A stretch of 47,828 nucleotides of DNA from Saprospiraceae bacterium (GCA_043778415.1 JAYWGG010000356.1:1-47828), one strand, 5' to 3'; positions 1 to 9,479 are shown, numbered from the stretch's first letter. The notes: a model not told the origin generated them from the sequence alone. Program-made: numbers and translations.

Positions 1-230
1 TCCGAAAACGGATTGAATATAAATGATTGGACAGTCGCCATTTGCTGTATTTATGCTCTTTGAGCTGGTAAAATTATGCGTTTGTGCGAAAGAAAAAAAC
101 ACAAACGCAACGAATAACACTTCTCGCCCGAAATAGTTTTCAGAATTTGCTAAAAAAACGCTCTAAAATCAGATGCGATTGGGAAGAATTTAAAGTTATA
201 TTTGAAGAAATGTTATTTCTAATCCAAAAG

Positions 231-387
231 GAACGTGTCTAAAGTAAACTACTTATTCTTTCTGCTCAATTACAACCAATCACTGCGTTATTTTTTCGTT
301 TCAACGCCCTGCGTTGCGCCTCAAAAATGCCTTGTTATTGTTTGAATTGATTGGAAAAAATTGAGTACTTTATTTTTTCTTCATTCC
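231..387. repeat. About 157-bp intergenic repeat element, copy 1 (upstream of secA)
   Basis: Aligns by eye at roughly 90% identity with 4101-4255. Starts gaacgtgtctaaagtaaactac and ends ttttttcttcattcc. Has internal inverted repeats ctcaatt/aattgag and ccaatca/tgattgg, plus a caacgc-cct-gcgttg hairpin. Confidence 0.8.
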
Positions 388-504
388 AAAGAATTTATAA
401 TTTTTTCATTCTGCCTGACAAAATGTCAAAAAATAGATATTTTTTTGTTTTGGAACAATAAATGCACCTAAATATCTGCGCTGCAAAATTTGATAAAAAG
501 TAGT

Positions 505-512
505 TATCTTTG
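505..512 (+). promoter_or_regulatory. Candidate Bacteroidota -7 promoter box (TAnnTTTG) for secA
   Basis: tatctttg matches TAnnTTTG and lies 47 nt upstream of the secA ATG. This is a motif match only. Confidence 0.3.
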
Positions 513-558
513 CATTTCTATTTATTAAAAAAAAAGTACCCGTTTACCAACAGTAAAA

Positions 559-3500
559 ATGTTCAATTTTCTAAAAAAAATATTCGGCACCAAACAAGAC
601 AAAGACGTAAAAGCCTACACGCCTACCGTCCATGAAATCACCGCTATCGGAGAGGATTTGAAGCAACTCAGCCACGATGACTTGCGCCAGATGACGTATG
701 AGTTTCGCCGCCGAATCGCCGAATTTCTCGAAAATATTGATGCCGACCTCCAAAATTTAGCCGAAAAAGTAGCCGAAGAGCAAGACATTCACCGCAAAGA
801 AGACTACTTCAAGGAAATCGATGAACTCAAAAAAGAACGCGACACCCAGCTCGAAGTGGTGCTGAAAGAGTTGCTGCCCACTGCCTTCGCCGTCGTGCGC
901 GAAACCAGTCGCCGTTTTCAACAAAACCCAAGCATCGCCGTCACCGCTACCGACCACGATAGGGCGATTGCTGCCAAAAAAGACTACGTCCGAATAGAGG
1001 GCGAGCAGGCGATTTGGCACAACCAATGGACGGCTGCGGGCGGACAAGTCAAATGGGACATGGTGCATTACGACGTGCAGATGATAGGCGGCATGGCACT
1101 CAACGAAGGAAAAATCGCAGAAATGGCTACGGGCGAGGGCAAAACGCTCGTTTCTACGCTGCCGTCTTACCTCAACGGACTTACAGGACAGGGCGTTCAC
1201 GTCATCACGGTCAACGACTATTTGGCGCGCCGTGACTCCGAGTGGAACGGTCCGCTTTTCGAGTTTTTATTTCTGACGGTGGACTGCATCGATAAGCACC
1301 GCCCGAACTCCGAAGAGCGTCGCCGCGCCTACGCCGCCGATATCACCTACGGAACGAACAACGAATTTGGATTTGATTATCTCCGCGACAACATGGTGAC
1401 ATCGCCCGAAGAACTCGTCCAGCGCAAACACCACTTTGCGATGGTAGATGAGGTGGATTCTGTCCTGATTGACGATGCGCGGACTCCGCTCATCATCTCG
1501 GGTCCGATAGTCGGCGACGCAGAAGACCGCGAATACCAAGAGTTCAAGCCTGCGGTAGAAAATTTGATGGCGGTGCAGCGCAAGTTGGCGACCGAATTTT
1601 TGGCACAAGCAAAAAAATTATTTCAAGACAATATTACTGGCAACAATGAAGGTGAGGGCGGAATGTTCTTGCTTCGTGCGCACCGCGCAATGCCCAAATA
1701 CCGCCCGTTGATAAAGTTTTTGAGTGAGGACGGCGTGAAAGTTGCCCTCCAAAAGACCGAAAATTTTTATATGCAAGAGCAATCCAAAAATATGCACAAA
1801 GTAGATGCTGGATTGTATTTTACGATTGACGAAAAAAACAGACAGGTCGAGCTGACCGAAAAAGGCGCAGAATATCTCGCAAAAGGCAGCGACGACAAGG
1901 AATTTTTTATACTTCCCAACGTTGCAGAGCGCATTATTGACATTGACCGCAGCCCAGCGACCGATTTGGAGAAAGAAGAAGCCAAAATCAAAGTAGCCCA
2001 AGAATTTTCGGTGAAGTCCAAACGCCTGCACGCAGTCAGCCAGTTGCTGAAAGCCTACACGCTTTTTGAGAAAGACGAGGAATATGTGGTCATAGAAGGC
2101 GAAGTAAAAATCGTAGATGAGCAAACTGGACGTATGATGGAGGGCAGACGCTACTCCGACGGCTTGCACCAAGCTATAGAAGCAAAAGAAAACGTAAAAA
2201 TCGGCGAAATAACCCAGACCTACGCCACAGTGACGCTACAAAATTACTTCCGAATGTACCACAAACTTTGTGGAATGACGGGAACTGCCGAAACAGAAGC
2301 GGGCGAATTTTGGGAAATCTACAAGCTCGACGTGGTGACTATCCCCACCAATCGCGACATGACTCGAATGGATATGGAGGATATGGTTTTCAAGACCAAT
2401 CGGGAGAAAACCAACGCCGTCATTGACGAAATCAATCGCCTCAGCGAAGCTGGTCGTCCCGTTTTGGTCGGCACGACTTCGGTAGATGTGTCCGAAAAGT
2501 TGAGCCGTATGCTCCAACTTCGTGGCGTAAAACACAATGTTTTGAACGCCAAACAGCATCAGCGCGAGGCGGAAATAGTCGCAGAGGCGGGCGTAGCAGG
2601 TCACGTCACGATAGCGACCAACATGGCGGGACGTGGGACGGACATCAAGCTCGGCGAAGGCGTAAAAGCATCTGGCGGCTTGGCGATAATCGGTACAGAA
2701 CGCCACGAAAGTCGGCGCGTAGATAGGCAGTTGCGCGGTAGAGCAGGGCGGCAAGGCGACCCTGGAACTTCCCAGTTTTTTGTTTCGCTCGAAGACCCGC
2801 TCATGCGACTGTTCAACTCGGACAGAATCGCAGGCTTGATGGACAGAATGGGACACAAGGACGGCGAGGTTATCCAACATTCGATGGTCACAAAATCCAT
2901 CGAGCGGGCGCAAAAGAAAGTAGAAGAAAACAACTTCGGCACTCGCAAACGCTTGTTGGAGTACGATGACGTGATGAATATTCAGCGCGAAGCCATTTAC
3001 AAAAAACGCAACAATGCACTGACGGGCGAGCGTTTGGTCGTAGATTTGGACGCAATGTTTCACTCGGTAGCCGAGAATTTGGTAGCCAATTTTCATCCCT
3101 CCAAAGACTACAACGGGTTCCGAATGGCATCGCTGACCAACTTTGGGATTGACCCCGAAATGGACGCGACCGCTTTCCAGCGCAGCCCCGAGGCGACCGT
3201 TATCCGCGAGTATCAGGACAAAGTTTTTTTGGTGTATGGACACAAATGCAGTAAAATTCGTGAGGTATTGTACCCAATCGCCAAGAATGTCTATGAAAGA
3301 GAAGGTCACATCTATCGCCGCTTGGCAATCCAATTCACGGACGGTGTCAGCCGAATGTTGCCCATCACGGCGGAGCTGGCGGACGCTTCCAAGACCGAAG
3401 GAAAATCCATCATCAGAGATATTGAAAAAACCGTAACCCTCGCCCTCATCGATGACCTCTGGAAAGAGCATCTTCGGGATATGGACGACCTCAAAGAGTC

Positions 3501-3876
3501 CGTCCAAGCCGCATCTTTCGAGCAAAAAGACCCTTTGGTCATCTACAAATTGGAGGCATATCGCTTGTTTGAAGATTTTATCCACCGCGTCAATTCGAGA
3601 GTAGTTTCGTACTTACTGAAAGGCAGCCTGCCGATGGAAAGCGAAGAAAATATTGCGCAGCAGCAACAAAATCTCGCCCGCCAACAGCAACGCCAGCAAC
3701 TGCGCGCACCAAAAATACAAACCAACCGACAAGCGGAATACGAAAATGCAGGCGGAGCGCAGCAACGCCTTTCGCAGCAACCCATGATGGCGCAGCAAGC
3801 GGAACAAAAAATCAGTCGGAACTCGCCCTGCCCGTGCGGAAGCGGAAAGAACTACAAAAACTGTCACGGAAAGTAG
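559..3876 (+). CDS. secA: Preprotein translocase ATPase SecA
   Basis: 1105 aa. Motifs MATGEGKTLV (Walker A), MVDEVDSVLIDDARTPLIISG, TNMAGRGTDIKLG, and the C-terminal zinc-binding tail CPCGSGKNYKNCHGK. Confidence 0.97.
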   Translation: MFNFLKKIFGTKQDKDVKAYTPTVHEITAIGEDLKQLSHDDLRQMTYEFRRRIAEFLENIDADLQNLAEKVAEEQDIHRKEDYFKEIDELKKERDTQLEVVLKELLPTAFAVVRETSRRFQQNPSIAVTATDHDRAIAAKKDYVRIEGEQAIWHNQWTAAGGQVKWDMVHYDVQMIGGMALNEGKIAEMATGEGKTLVSTLPSYLNGLTGQGVHVITVNDYLARRDSEWNGPLFEFLFLTVDCIDKHRPNSEERRRAYAADITYGTNNEFGFDYLRDNMVTSPEELVQRKHHFAMVDEVDSVLIDDARTPLIISGPIVGDAEDREYQEFKPAVENLMAVQRKLATEFLAQAKKLFQDNITGNNEGEGGMFLLRAHRAMPKYRPLIKFLSEDGVKVALQKTENFYMQEQSKNMHKVDAGLYFTIDEKNRQVELTEKGAEYLAKGSDDKEFFILPNVAERIIDIDRSPATDLEKEEAKIKVAQEFSVKSKRLHAVSQLLKAYTLFEKDEEYVVIEGEVKIVDEQTGRMMEGRRYSDGLHQAIEAKENVKIGEITQTYATVTLQNYFRMYHKLCGMTGTAETEAGEFWEIYKLDVVTIPTNRDMTRMDMEDMVFKTNREKTNAVIDEINRLSEAGRPVLVGTTSVDVSEKLSRMLQLRGVKHNVLNAKQHQREAEIVAEAGVAGHVTIATNMAGRGTDIKLGEGVKASGGLAIIGTERHESRRVDRQLRGRAGRQGDPGTSQFFVSLEDPLMRLFNSDRIAGLMDRMGHKDGEVIQHSMVTKSIERAQKKVEENNFGTRKRLLEYDDVMNIQREAIYKKRNNALTGERLVVDLDAMFHSVAENLVANFHPSKDYNGFRMASLTNFGIDPEMDATAFQRSPEATVIREYQDKVFLVYGHKCSKIREVLYPIAKNVYEREGHIYRRLAIQFTDGVSRMLPITAELADASKTEGKSIIRDIEKTVTLALIDDLWKEHLRDMDDLKESVQAASFEQKDPLVIYKLEAYRLFEDFIHRVNSRVVSYLLKGSLPMESEENIAQQQQNLARQQQRQQLRAPKIQTNRQAEYENAGGAQQRLSQQPMMAQQAEQKISRNSPCPCGSGKNYKNCHGK

Positions 3877-3902
3877 GATAAGAAATTATCGTTGATTCAC
3901 GA

Positions 3903-3931
3903 GTTACCGACACCTTTGAGGTGTCGGCAAC
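3903..3931. repeat. REP-like palindromic hairpin, copy 1
   Basis: gttaccgacacct-ttg-aggtgtcggcaac. Nearly the same sequence recurs at 31799-31825. Confidence 0.7.
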
Positions 3932-3959
3932 TTCGGTTTGTCTTTGTTGGTAACAGTAG

Positions 3960-4003
3960 AAAGACCGTCCGTTCCAGATTTGGAGCGGACGGTCTTTTTT
4001 ATT
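3960..4003 (+). terminator. Intrinsic terminator of secA
   Basis: Perfect 11-bp stem aagaccgtccg / cggacggtctt with a 14-nt loop, followed by a T-run. Confidence 0.8.
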
Positions 4004-4039
4004 TTCTAAAAAATACTTACTTTTACGAATAGTATTTAG

Positions 4040-4094
4040 GAACGCATCTGAAATAAATTACCCATTTTTTTTGTAAAATCACAATCAATCACTG
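4040..4094. repeat. Partial (5-prime part) copy of the intergenic repeat element
   Basis: gaacgcatctgaaataaattac ... acaatcaatcactg parallels the first ~55 bp of the 4101-4255 copy and lies directly adjacent to it. Confidence 0.6.
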
Positions 4095-4100
4095 TCTTAA

Positions 4101-4255
4101 GAACGCGTCTAAAATAAACTACTTATTTTTTCTGCTCAATTACAGCCAATCACTGCATTATTTTTCGTTACAACGCCCTGCGTTGCGCCTCAAAAATGCC
4201 TTGTTATTGATTGAATTGATTGGAAAAATTAAGTATCTTATTTTTTCTTCATTCC
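4101..4255. repeat. About 155-bp intergenic repeat element, copy 2 (between secA and hsdM)
   Basis: Roughly 90% identical by eye to 231-387, with the same internal inverted repeats. Confidence 0.8.
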
Positions 4256-4338
4256 TTATTCATTGGTTCGATTTATTTGGGAAATTTGAGTTTTTTGTTT
4301 TTCTTTATTCTCAAATAATTTATCACAAATATTAACAA

Positions 4339-7206
4339 ATGAAAGATAATAAAATCAAACTATCGCAATTAGAAAGTTTCCTGATGAAGGCAGCGGATAT
4401 TCTGCGTGGCAAAATGGATGCGTCAGAATATAAAGAGTTCATTTTTGGAATGTTGTTTCTGAAAAGAATGAGTGATGTGTTTGACCAAAAAAGGGAGCAG
4501 TTTAAAAAGAAGGATTATAAAGATTTAGATGGAGCAGTCTTGGCAGAAATCTTAGAAGATAAAATCACTTACGGTGAAACTTTTTTTGTTCCAAAAAGAG
4601 CAAGATGGAATGAAGAATTTACAGATGAAAATGGTGTGCAACAGCCGCCCATAAAACACTTGCAAAATAATATTGGGCAAATGCTGAATAAAGCTTTAGA
4701 TGCCATCGAAGAGGCAAACCCCGATACACTTTCAGGAATTTTTAAGGGCAGGATAAACTTTAATAAGGAAGTAGATGGAAAGGCTATTGTAAAAAATGCC
4801 GACCTAAAGAAAATGATAGACCATTTCAATGAGTTTCCCGATTTGATCAATGAAAATTTTGAGTTTCCTGATTTGTTGGGTGCAGCTTACGAGTATTTGC
4901 TAAAGCATTTTGCCGATGAAAGCGGTAAAAAAGGAGGGCAATTCTATACACCAAATCAAGTAGTGCGGCTTTTAGTGCAATTAATAAAGCCACAGGAAGG
5001 AATGAGTATTTATGACCCTACTGCTGGCAGTGGTGGTATGCTCATACAGTCACATCAGTATGTAGAAGAACAAGGACAAAATGCAAACAATCTTCAATTG
5101 TTTGGTCAGGAGAATGACCCTACGGTAGTTGCCATTTGTAAAATGAACATTATTTTGCACAACATTACCAAATATACTATTGAGTATGGCGATACATTAG
5201 ATGAACCATTAAACGAAAAAAACGGACAGCTTATTCAGTTTGATAGAGTAATTGCCAATCCTCCATTTTCTCAAAACTATGGTTTGGCTACAATGAAACA
5301 CAAGGAACGTTTCCCTTATGGCTTTGCTCCCGAAGATGGCAAGAAAGCCGATTTAATGTTTGTGCAGCACATGTTGGCAAGCTGCGATAAAAAGGGCAAG
5401 GTTGTAGTCGTAATGCCTCACGGGGTATTGTTTAGAGGAGGTAAAGAAAAAGACATTAGGGAAGGTATGTTAAAAGCCGATGTAATTGAAGGTGTGATTA
5501 GTTTGCCTCCTCAATTATTTTATGGCACTGGTATTCCTGCTTGTATTATTGTACTGAATAAAAACAAGCCCGATGAATTAAAGAATAAAGTGTTTTTTAT
5601 TAATGCTGATAAAGACTTTGCCGAAGGCAAAAAACAAAATACCCTACGACCAGAAGACATTGAAAAAATAGACTACGTTTTTACCAATAAAATAGAAGAA
5701 GCCAAGTATGCCAAGTTGGTTGATATAGCCAACATTGAAGCAAATGATTACACACTAAACATCAGGCGTTATGTAGATAATACCCCAGAGCCTGAACCCG
5801 AAAATGTAAAAGCTCATTTGGTGGGTGGTATTCCTGTGGCAGAAATAAAAGCCGTACAAACTACCCAATGCCTCAAATTCAAATACAACGGCAACCAACT
5901 TTTTAAGGATAAAAACGAAGCCTTTAAAGAATTTGCCATTACTGAAAAAGCAGCCATCAAAGCCAATATTGATGATGATAAAAACGTAAAGGAAACATTA
6001 TTGCATTTAGGCTTAAACCTTGCCGACTGGTGGCAAATTGCCAAAGAAGATTTTTCAAAATTAGCACCAGTAATAGAACCGGTGCAAGCTAATACAGCAA
6101 GCGAGGGGATAGTGAATTATATCTCATTAGGTGGCGATAAAATACCCAAAGTGCGTAAGGAGTTGTTAGATACCATTAAAGAAAAATTTGTACCCATTGG
6201 CGTATTAGATAAGTTTCAGGTAGCAGGTGTGTTTGTAAACTGGTGGGATAATATCAAGTACGACCTCAAAACTATTATGCAAAATGGCTGGGATTCTGGT
6301 CTGATTCCCGATGATTATTTGATAGCCGAGTTTTTCCAAAAAGAAATGACAGAAATTGAGACAACGGAAATAGCACAATCCGAAAAAGAAACAATATTTG
6401 ATGAAGCCATTGAAGAAGCAATAAATCTTTTAGAATTAATACCAAAAGAAGAAGAAACTACCATACCAACAGCTAAAGTAAAAACTGATTTAGCTAAAGA
6501 AATTAAAAGATTATTAGATGAAAAAAAGAAGCCCGAAAAAGCTAAACCCTATCAGGAAGTCGAAAAGAAAATATTAGATACGGAAACAGCAATTAAAGAA
6601 CTAAAGGCTACACTAAAAGCCAAACAAGCCGAACTGGAGCTAAAACTGATTCTAAAACGCTATGGTACAGATGATGAAAAAGCCGAAAGCAAAAAACTAT
6701 TGCTAACAGCTAATACTGAAATAGACAAACTGAAAGACGCCGTAGAAGAAATAAACGAGGAGTTTGATCTGGAAATGACGGCTTTTTCTATCCAACAAAC
6801 CCAAAAAACACTGAAAGCATTAGATAAATCTGTAAAATCAAAAACAACAGCTAAATCAGTGACTCAGACCATTGCAGACGTAACTGCAATAGCCAAGACT
6901 TATAATGCCCTGATTAAAGACAAAACCATTATCCAAACCAAACTAAACAAAATTGATGCCTTGTTTGCAGATATTGGCGGCATTATTACCACCGAACAAA
7001 CCCAAATGTTGATACTCAAAAAGCATTTTGATATTATAAACAACCAACTGCAACGCTACTTAAATGCCGAAAAAAGAACGTTAATAAGTGCCTACGAAAA
7101 CTTGTTTGATAAATACTTTACTTCTGCACAGAGCATAGAACAAAGCCGAAATAAAACGATGAATGAACTCAATGATTTTTTAACCCAATTAAAATATTTG
7201 AATTAA
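4339..7206 (+). CDS. hsdM: Type I restriction-modification methyltransferase subunit HsdM with a ~470-aa C-terminal extension
   Basis: N-terminal HsdM-type region (LESFLMKAADILRG, FGMLFLKRMSD). AdoMet motif DPTAGSGGML and catalytic motif IANPPFS. 955 aa against about 500 for typical HsdM. The distal part is K/E-rich and looks like coiled coil. Confidence 0.92.
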   Translation: MKDNKIKLSQLESFLMKAADILRGKMDASEYKEFIFGMLFLKRMSDVFDQKREQFKKKDYKDLDGAVLAEILEDKITYGETFFVPKRARWNEEFTDENGVQQPPIKHLQNNIGQMLNKALDAIEEANPDTLSGIFKGRINFNKEVDGKAIVKNADLKKMIDHFNEFPDLINENFEFPDLLGAAYEYLLKHFADESGKKGGQFYTPNQVVRLLVQLIKPQEGMSIYDPTAGSGGMLIQSHQYVEEQGQNANNLQLFGQENDPTVVAICKMNIILHNITKYTIEYGDTLDEPLNEKNGQLIQFDRVIANPPFSQNYGLATMKHKERFPYGFAPEDGKKADLMFVQHMLASCDKKGKVVVVMPHGVLFRGGKEKDIREGMLKADVIEGVISLPPQLFYGTGIPACIIVLNKNKPDELKNKVFFINADKDFAEGKKQNTLRPEDIEKIDYVFTNKIEEAKYAKLVDIANIEANDYTLNIRRYVDNTPEPEPENVKAHLVGGIPVAEIKAVQTTQCLKFKYNGNQLFKDKNEAFKEFAITEKAAIKANIDDDKNVKETLLHLGLNLADWWQIAKEDFSKLAPVIEPVQANTASEGIVNYISLGGDKIPKVRKELLDTIKEKFVPIGVLDKFQVAGVFVNWWDNIKYDLKTIMQNGWDSGLIPDDYLIAEFFQKEMTEIETTEIAQSEKETIFDEAIEEAINLLELIPKEEETTIPTAKVKTDLAKEIKRLLDEKKKPEKAKPYQEVEKKILDTETAIKELKATLKAKQAELELKLILKRYGTDDEKAESKKLLLTANTEIDKLKDAVEEINEEFDLEMTAFSIQQTQKTLKALDKSVKSKTTAKSVTQTIADVTAIAKTYNALIKDKTIIQTKLNKIDALFADIGGIITTEQTQMLILKKHFDIINNQLQRYLNAEKRTLISAYENLFDKYFTSAQSIEQSRNKTMNELNDFLTQLKYLN

Positions 7207-8198
7207 TGGAGATTAGAGAAAGTATATACCAAAATGTAAAAGAAGTGTTGTTGCAAGCTCGTAATAACACCTATTCATATATAAATGCACAAATGATTTT
7301 TGCTTATTGGCAAATAGGCAAAATTATTGTTGAGGAGGAACAAAAAGGTGAAAAAAGAGCAGAATATGGCAATTTTTTATTGAAAGAATTAGCACAAAAA
7401 TTAACGCTCGATTTTGGAAAAGGATTTGATGAAAGAGAACTAAGGCGAATTCGCCAATTTTATAATTGCTTTCCAATTCGGGACGCACTGCGTCCCGAAT
7501 TGACTTGGACGCACTACCGATTGATAATAAGGATAGAAGACGAAACGGCAAGGCAATATTATATAACAGAAAGCATTACCCAACACTGGAGTACCCGAAA
7601 ATTAGACCGAAATATTAGTACTCAATATTTTCAACGAATTATAGCCAATAAAACAAAGCAATTAACCAATAGCAAAGAGGTAAATAATACAAATAGCTAT
7701 TTTATTAAAGACCCTTATGTGTTGGAGTTTTTAAACTTATCCAGTAGCATAACACATAAAGAAAAAGACATTGAGAATGCCATCATAAAGCATTTAAAAC
7801 AGTTTTTATTAGAATTAGGTAAAGGATTTGCTTTTGTGGCACAGCAAAAATTAATTAGAACCGAAACTTCCGATTTCTATATTGACTTGGTGTTTTACAA
7901 CTATCTACTTAAATGTTTTGTAGTTATAGATATTAAAAACGCTAAACTTACCCACCAAGATGTAGGGCAGCTGGATATGTATGTACGGATGTATGACGAC
8001 CTCGAAAAAACCGATACTGACAACCCCACCATAGGCATTTTGCTTTGTGCCGATACCGATAATGTAGTAGCCAAATACTCGGTACTGAACGACAATAACA
8101 ACCTTTTTGCAAGCAAATATCAATTGTATTTGCCTACCGAAAAACAACTGCAAGAATGGCTTAAAAATGAACCTTTAAATATTGACAATAATGGTTAA
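7206..8198 (+). CDS. YhcG/DUF1016-family PD-(D/E)xK nuclease-like protein, paralog A
   Basis: 330 aa. N-terminal YWQIGKIIVEEEQKGEKRAEYG block. C-terminal FYIDLVFYNYLLKCFVVIDIKNAKLTHQDVGQLDMYV, giving D...DxK. The start shares one nt with the hsdM stop (TAATG). Confidence 0.8.
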   Translation: MEIRESIYQNVKEVLLQARNNTYSYINAQMIFAYWQIGKIIVEEEQKGEKRAEYGNFLLKELAQKLTLDFGKGFDERELRRIRQFYNCFPIRDALRPELTWTHYRLIIRIEDETARQYYITESITQHWSTRKLDRNISTQYFQRIIANKTKQLTNSKEVNNTNSYFIKDPYVLEFLNLSSSITHKEKDIENAIIKHLKQFLLELGKGFAFVAQQKLIRTETSDFYIDLVFYNYLLKCFVVIDIKNAKLTHQDVGQLDMYVRMYDDLEKTDTDNPTIGILLCADTDNVVAKYSVLNDNNNLFASKYQLYLPTEKQLQEWLKNEPLNIDNNG

Positions 8199-8205
8199 TG
8201 ATAAA

Positions 8206-8251
8206 AAACTCAACGATTTTTTAACCCAATTAAATTATTTAGGATAATGGA
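8206..8251 (+). repeat. Duplicate of the hsdM 3-prime end and stop/start junction
   Basis: 39 of 46 positions are identical to 7165-7210 in my own character-by-character alignment. It encodes a relic KLNDFLTQLNYLG* against the hsdM tail ELNDFLTQLKYLN*. Both copies end in TAATGGA. Confidence 0.85.
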
Positions 8252-9479
8252 AGAAAATCAAATACAAATTCCTGAGGGGTGGGAAGGTAAAGAGTTAGGG
8301 ACTTTGTACTTAGAAAAAAGAAAGTCTAAGTTTAAAGTATCTGATGCTACTAATTACGGAGGCATACCATTTTACACAAGTGGTGATGCTGTTTTGGAGC
8401 ATAACGAAATACAGACGGATGGCGAAAATATTTTTTTGGCTACTGGTGGTATTGCTAATGTAAAGTTTTATATAGGTAATGTTGCCTACTCAACAGATAC
8501 CTATGTAATTGTAGGCAAAGAAAATATTAGTACCCAATTTTTATATTTCAAACTCCTTGACCAGTTGTATTACATCAATACAAATTATTTTCAAGGAAGT
8601 GGTTTAAAGCATTTGCAAAAAAAGGACTTTAAAAAGCATTTTTTTACTTTACCAAAATCCACCACCGAGCAAACCACCATAGCCAACATACTTTCTAAAT
8701 GCGATGAAGCCATAGCCAACACCCAAGCCTTAATAGCCAAATACAGCCGTATAAAAACAGGCTTAATGCAAGACTTGCTTACCAAAGGCATTGATGAAAA
8801 CGGGAATATTAGAAGCGAACAAACCCACGAATTTAAAGATAGCCCGCTTGGGAGGATTCCAGTGGAGTGGGAAGTTAAAAAAATGGGAGATTTAATTTTA
8901 GCTATTGACCCTCAACCCGACCACAGAACGCCACCTGCCTTTATTGATGGTGTGCCTTATGTTGGAATTAGTGACTTTATAAGTAATGGAGAAATTGATA
9001 TAAAGAATTGTAGAAAAGTAGGGTTTAATGTTTTAGAAAAACAAAGAAATTCATTTACAATCGAGTTAGGCGATTTGATATTTGGTAAAATAGGTACAAT
9101 CGGTAAGCCCAAAATATTGCCTGATTTTAATAAGCGGCATTTCACTCTAAGTGCAAACGTTATTCTTATTAAGCCAATTGAATGTCCTGATTTTATTTAT
9201 TGGACTTTAGTTTCTGACTATATAAGTAATCAAGTAAGCCTTGCCATTCATTCTACTTCACAACCTGCATTTGGTATGGAGAAAATTAGAGATTTGAATG
9301 TACTAGCACCAAAACCAAAAGAAAGGGAAAGAATAACTGAAAAGTTGAAAAAGATAGAGGAATTATTTTCAGCAGAGCATATACAACTCGCCAAACTTCA
9401 ATCCCTCAAAACTGGTTTGATGCAAGATTTATTGAGTGGGAGGGTGCGGGTAAGTACATTAATAAAAGAAACGGAATGA
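8247..9479 (+). CDS. hsdS: Type I restriction-modification specificity subunit HsdS
   Basis: 410 aa. Two target-recognition halves are separated and followed by the conserved helices KTGLMQDLLTKG (central) and KTGLMQDLLSGRVRV (C-terminal). Confidence 0.92.
   Translation: MEENQIQIPEGWEGKELGTLYLEKRKSKFKVSDATNYGGIPFYTSGDAVLEHNEIQTDGENIFLATGGIANVKFYIGNVAYSTDTYVIVGKENISTQFLYFKLLDQLYYINTNYFQGSGLKHLQKKDFKKHFFTLPKSTTEQTTIANILSKCDEAIANTQALIAKYSRIKTGLMQDLLTKGIDENGNIRSEQTHEFKDSPLGRIPVEWEVKKMGDLILAIDPQPDHRTPPAFIDGVPYVGISDFISNGEIDIKNCRKVGFNVLEKQRNSFTIELGDLIFGKIGTIGKPKILPDFNKRHFTLSANVILIKPIECPDFIYWTLVSDYISNQVSLAIHSTSQPAFGMEKIRDLNVLAPKPKERERITEKLKKIEELFSAEHIQLAKLQSLKTGLMQDLLSGRVRVSTLIKETE

Noticed and set aside
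1-41. A possible minus-strand gene start (ATG at 41..39, reading MATVQSFIFNPFS...) running off the left edge.
   Set aside because: Only 13 codons are visible, which is too little for a call.
2236-3585. A 449-aa ORF antisense to secA. Similar long antisense ORFs include 26225-27310 inside the M4 protease gene and 15872-16489 inside the MbnP-like gene.
   Set aside because: These lie entirely within strongly supported genes on the opposite strand. Their translations are low-complexity or R/H/V-rich with no recognisable motifs, which is typical of shadow ORFs in G+C-richer coding DNA.
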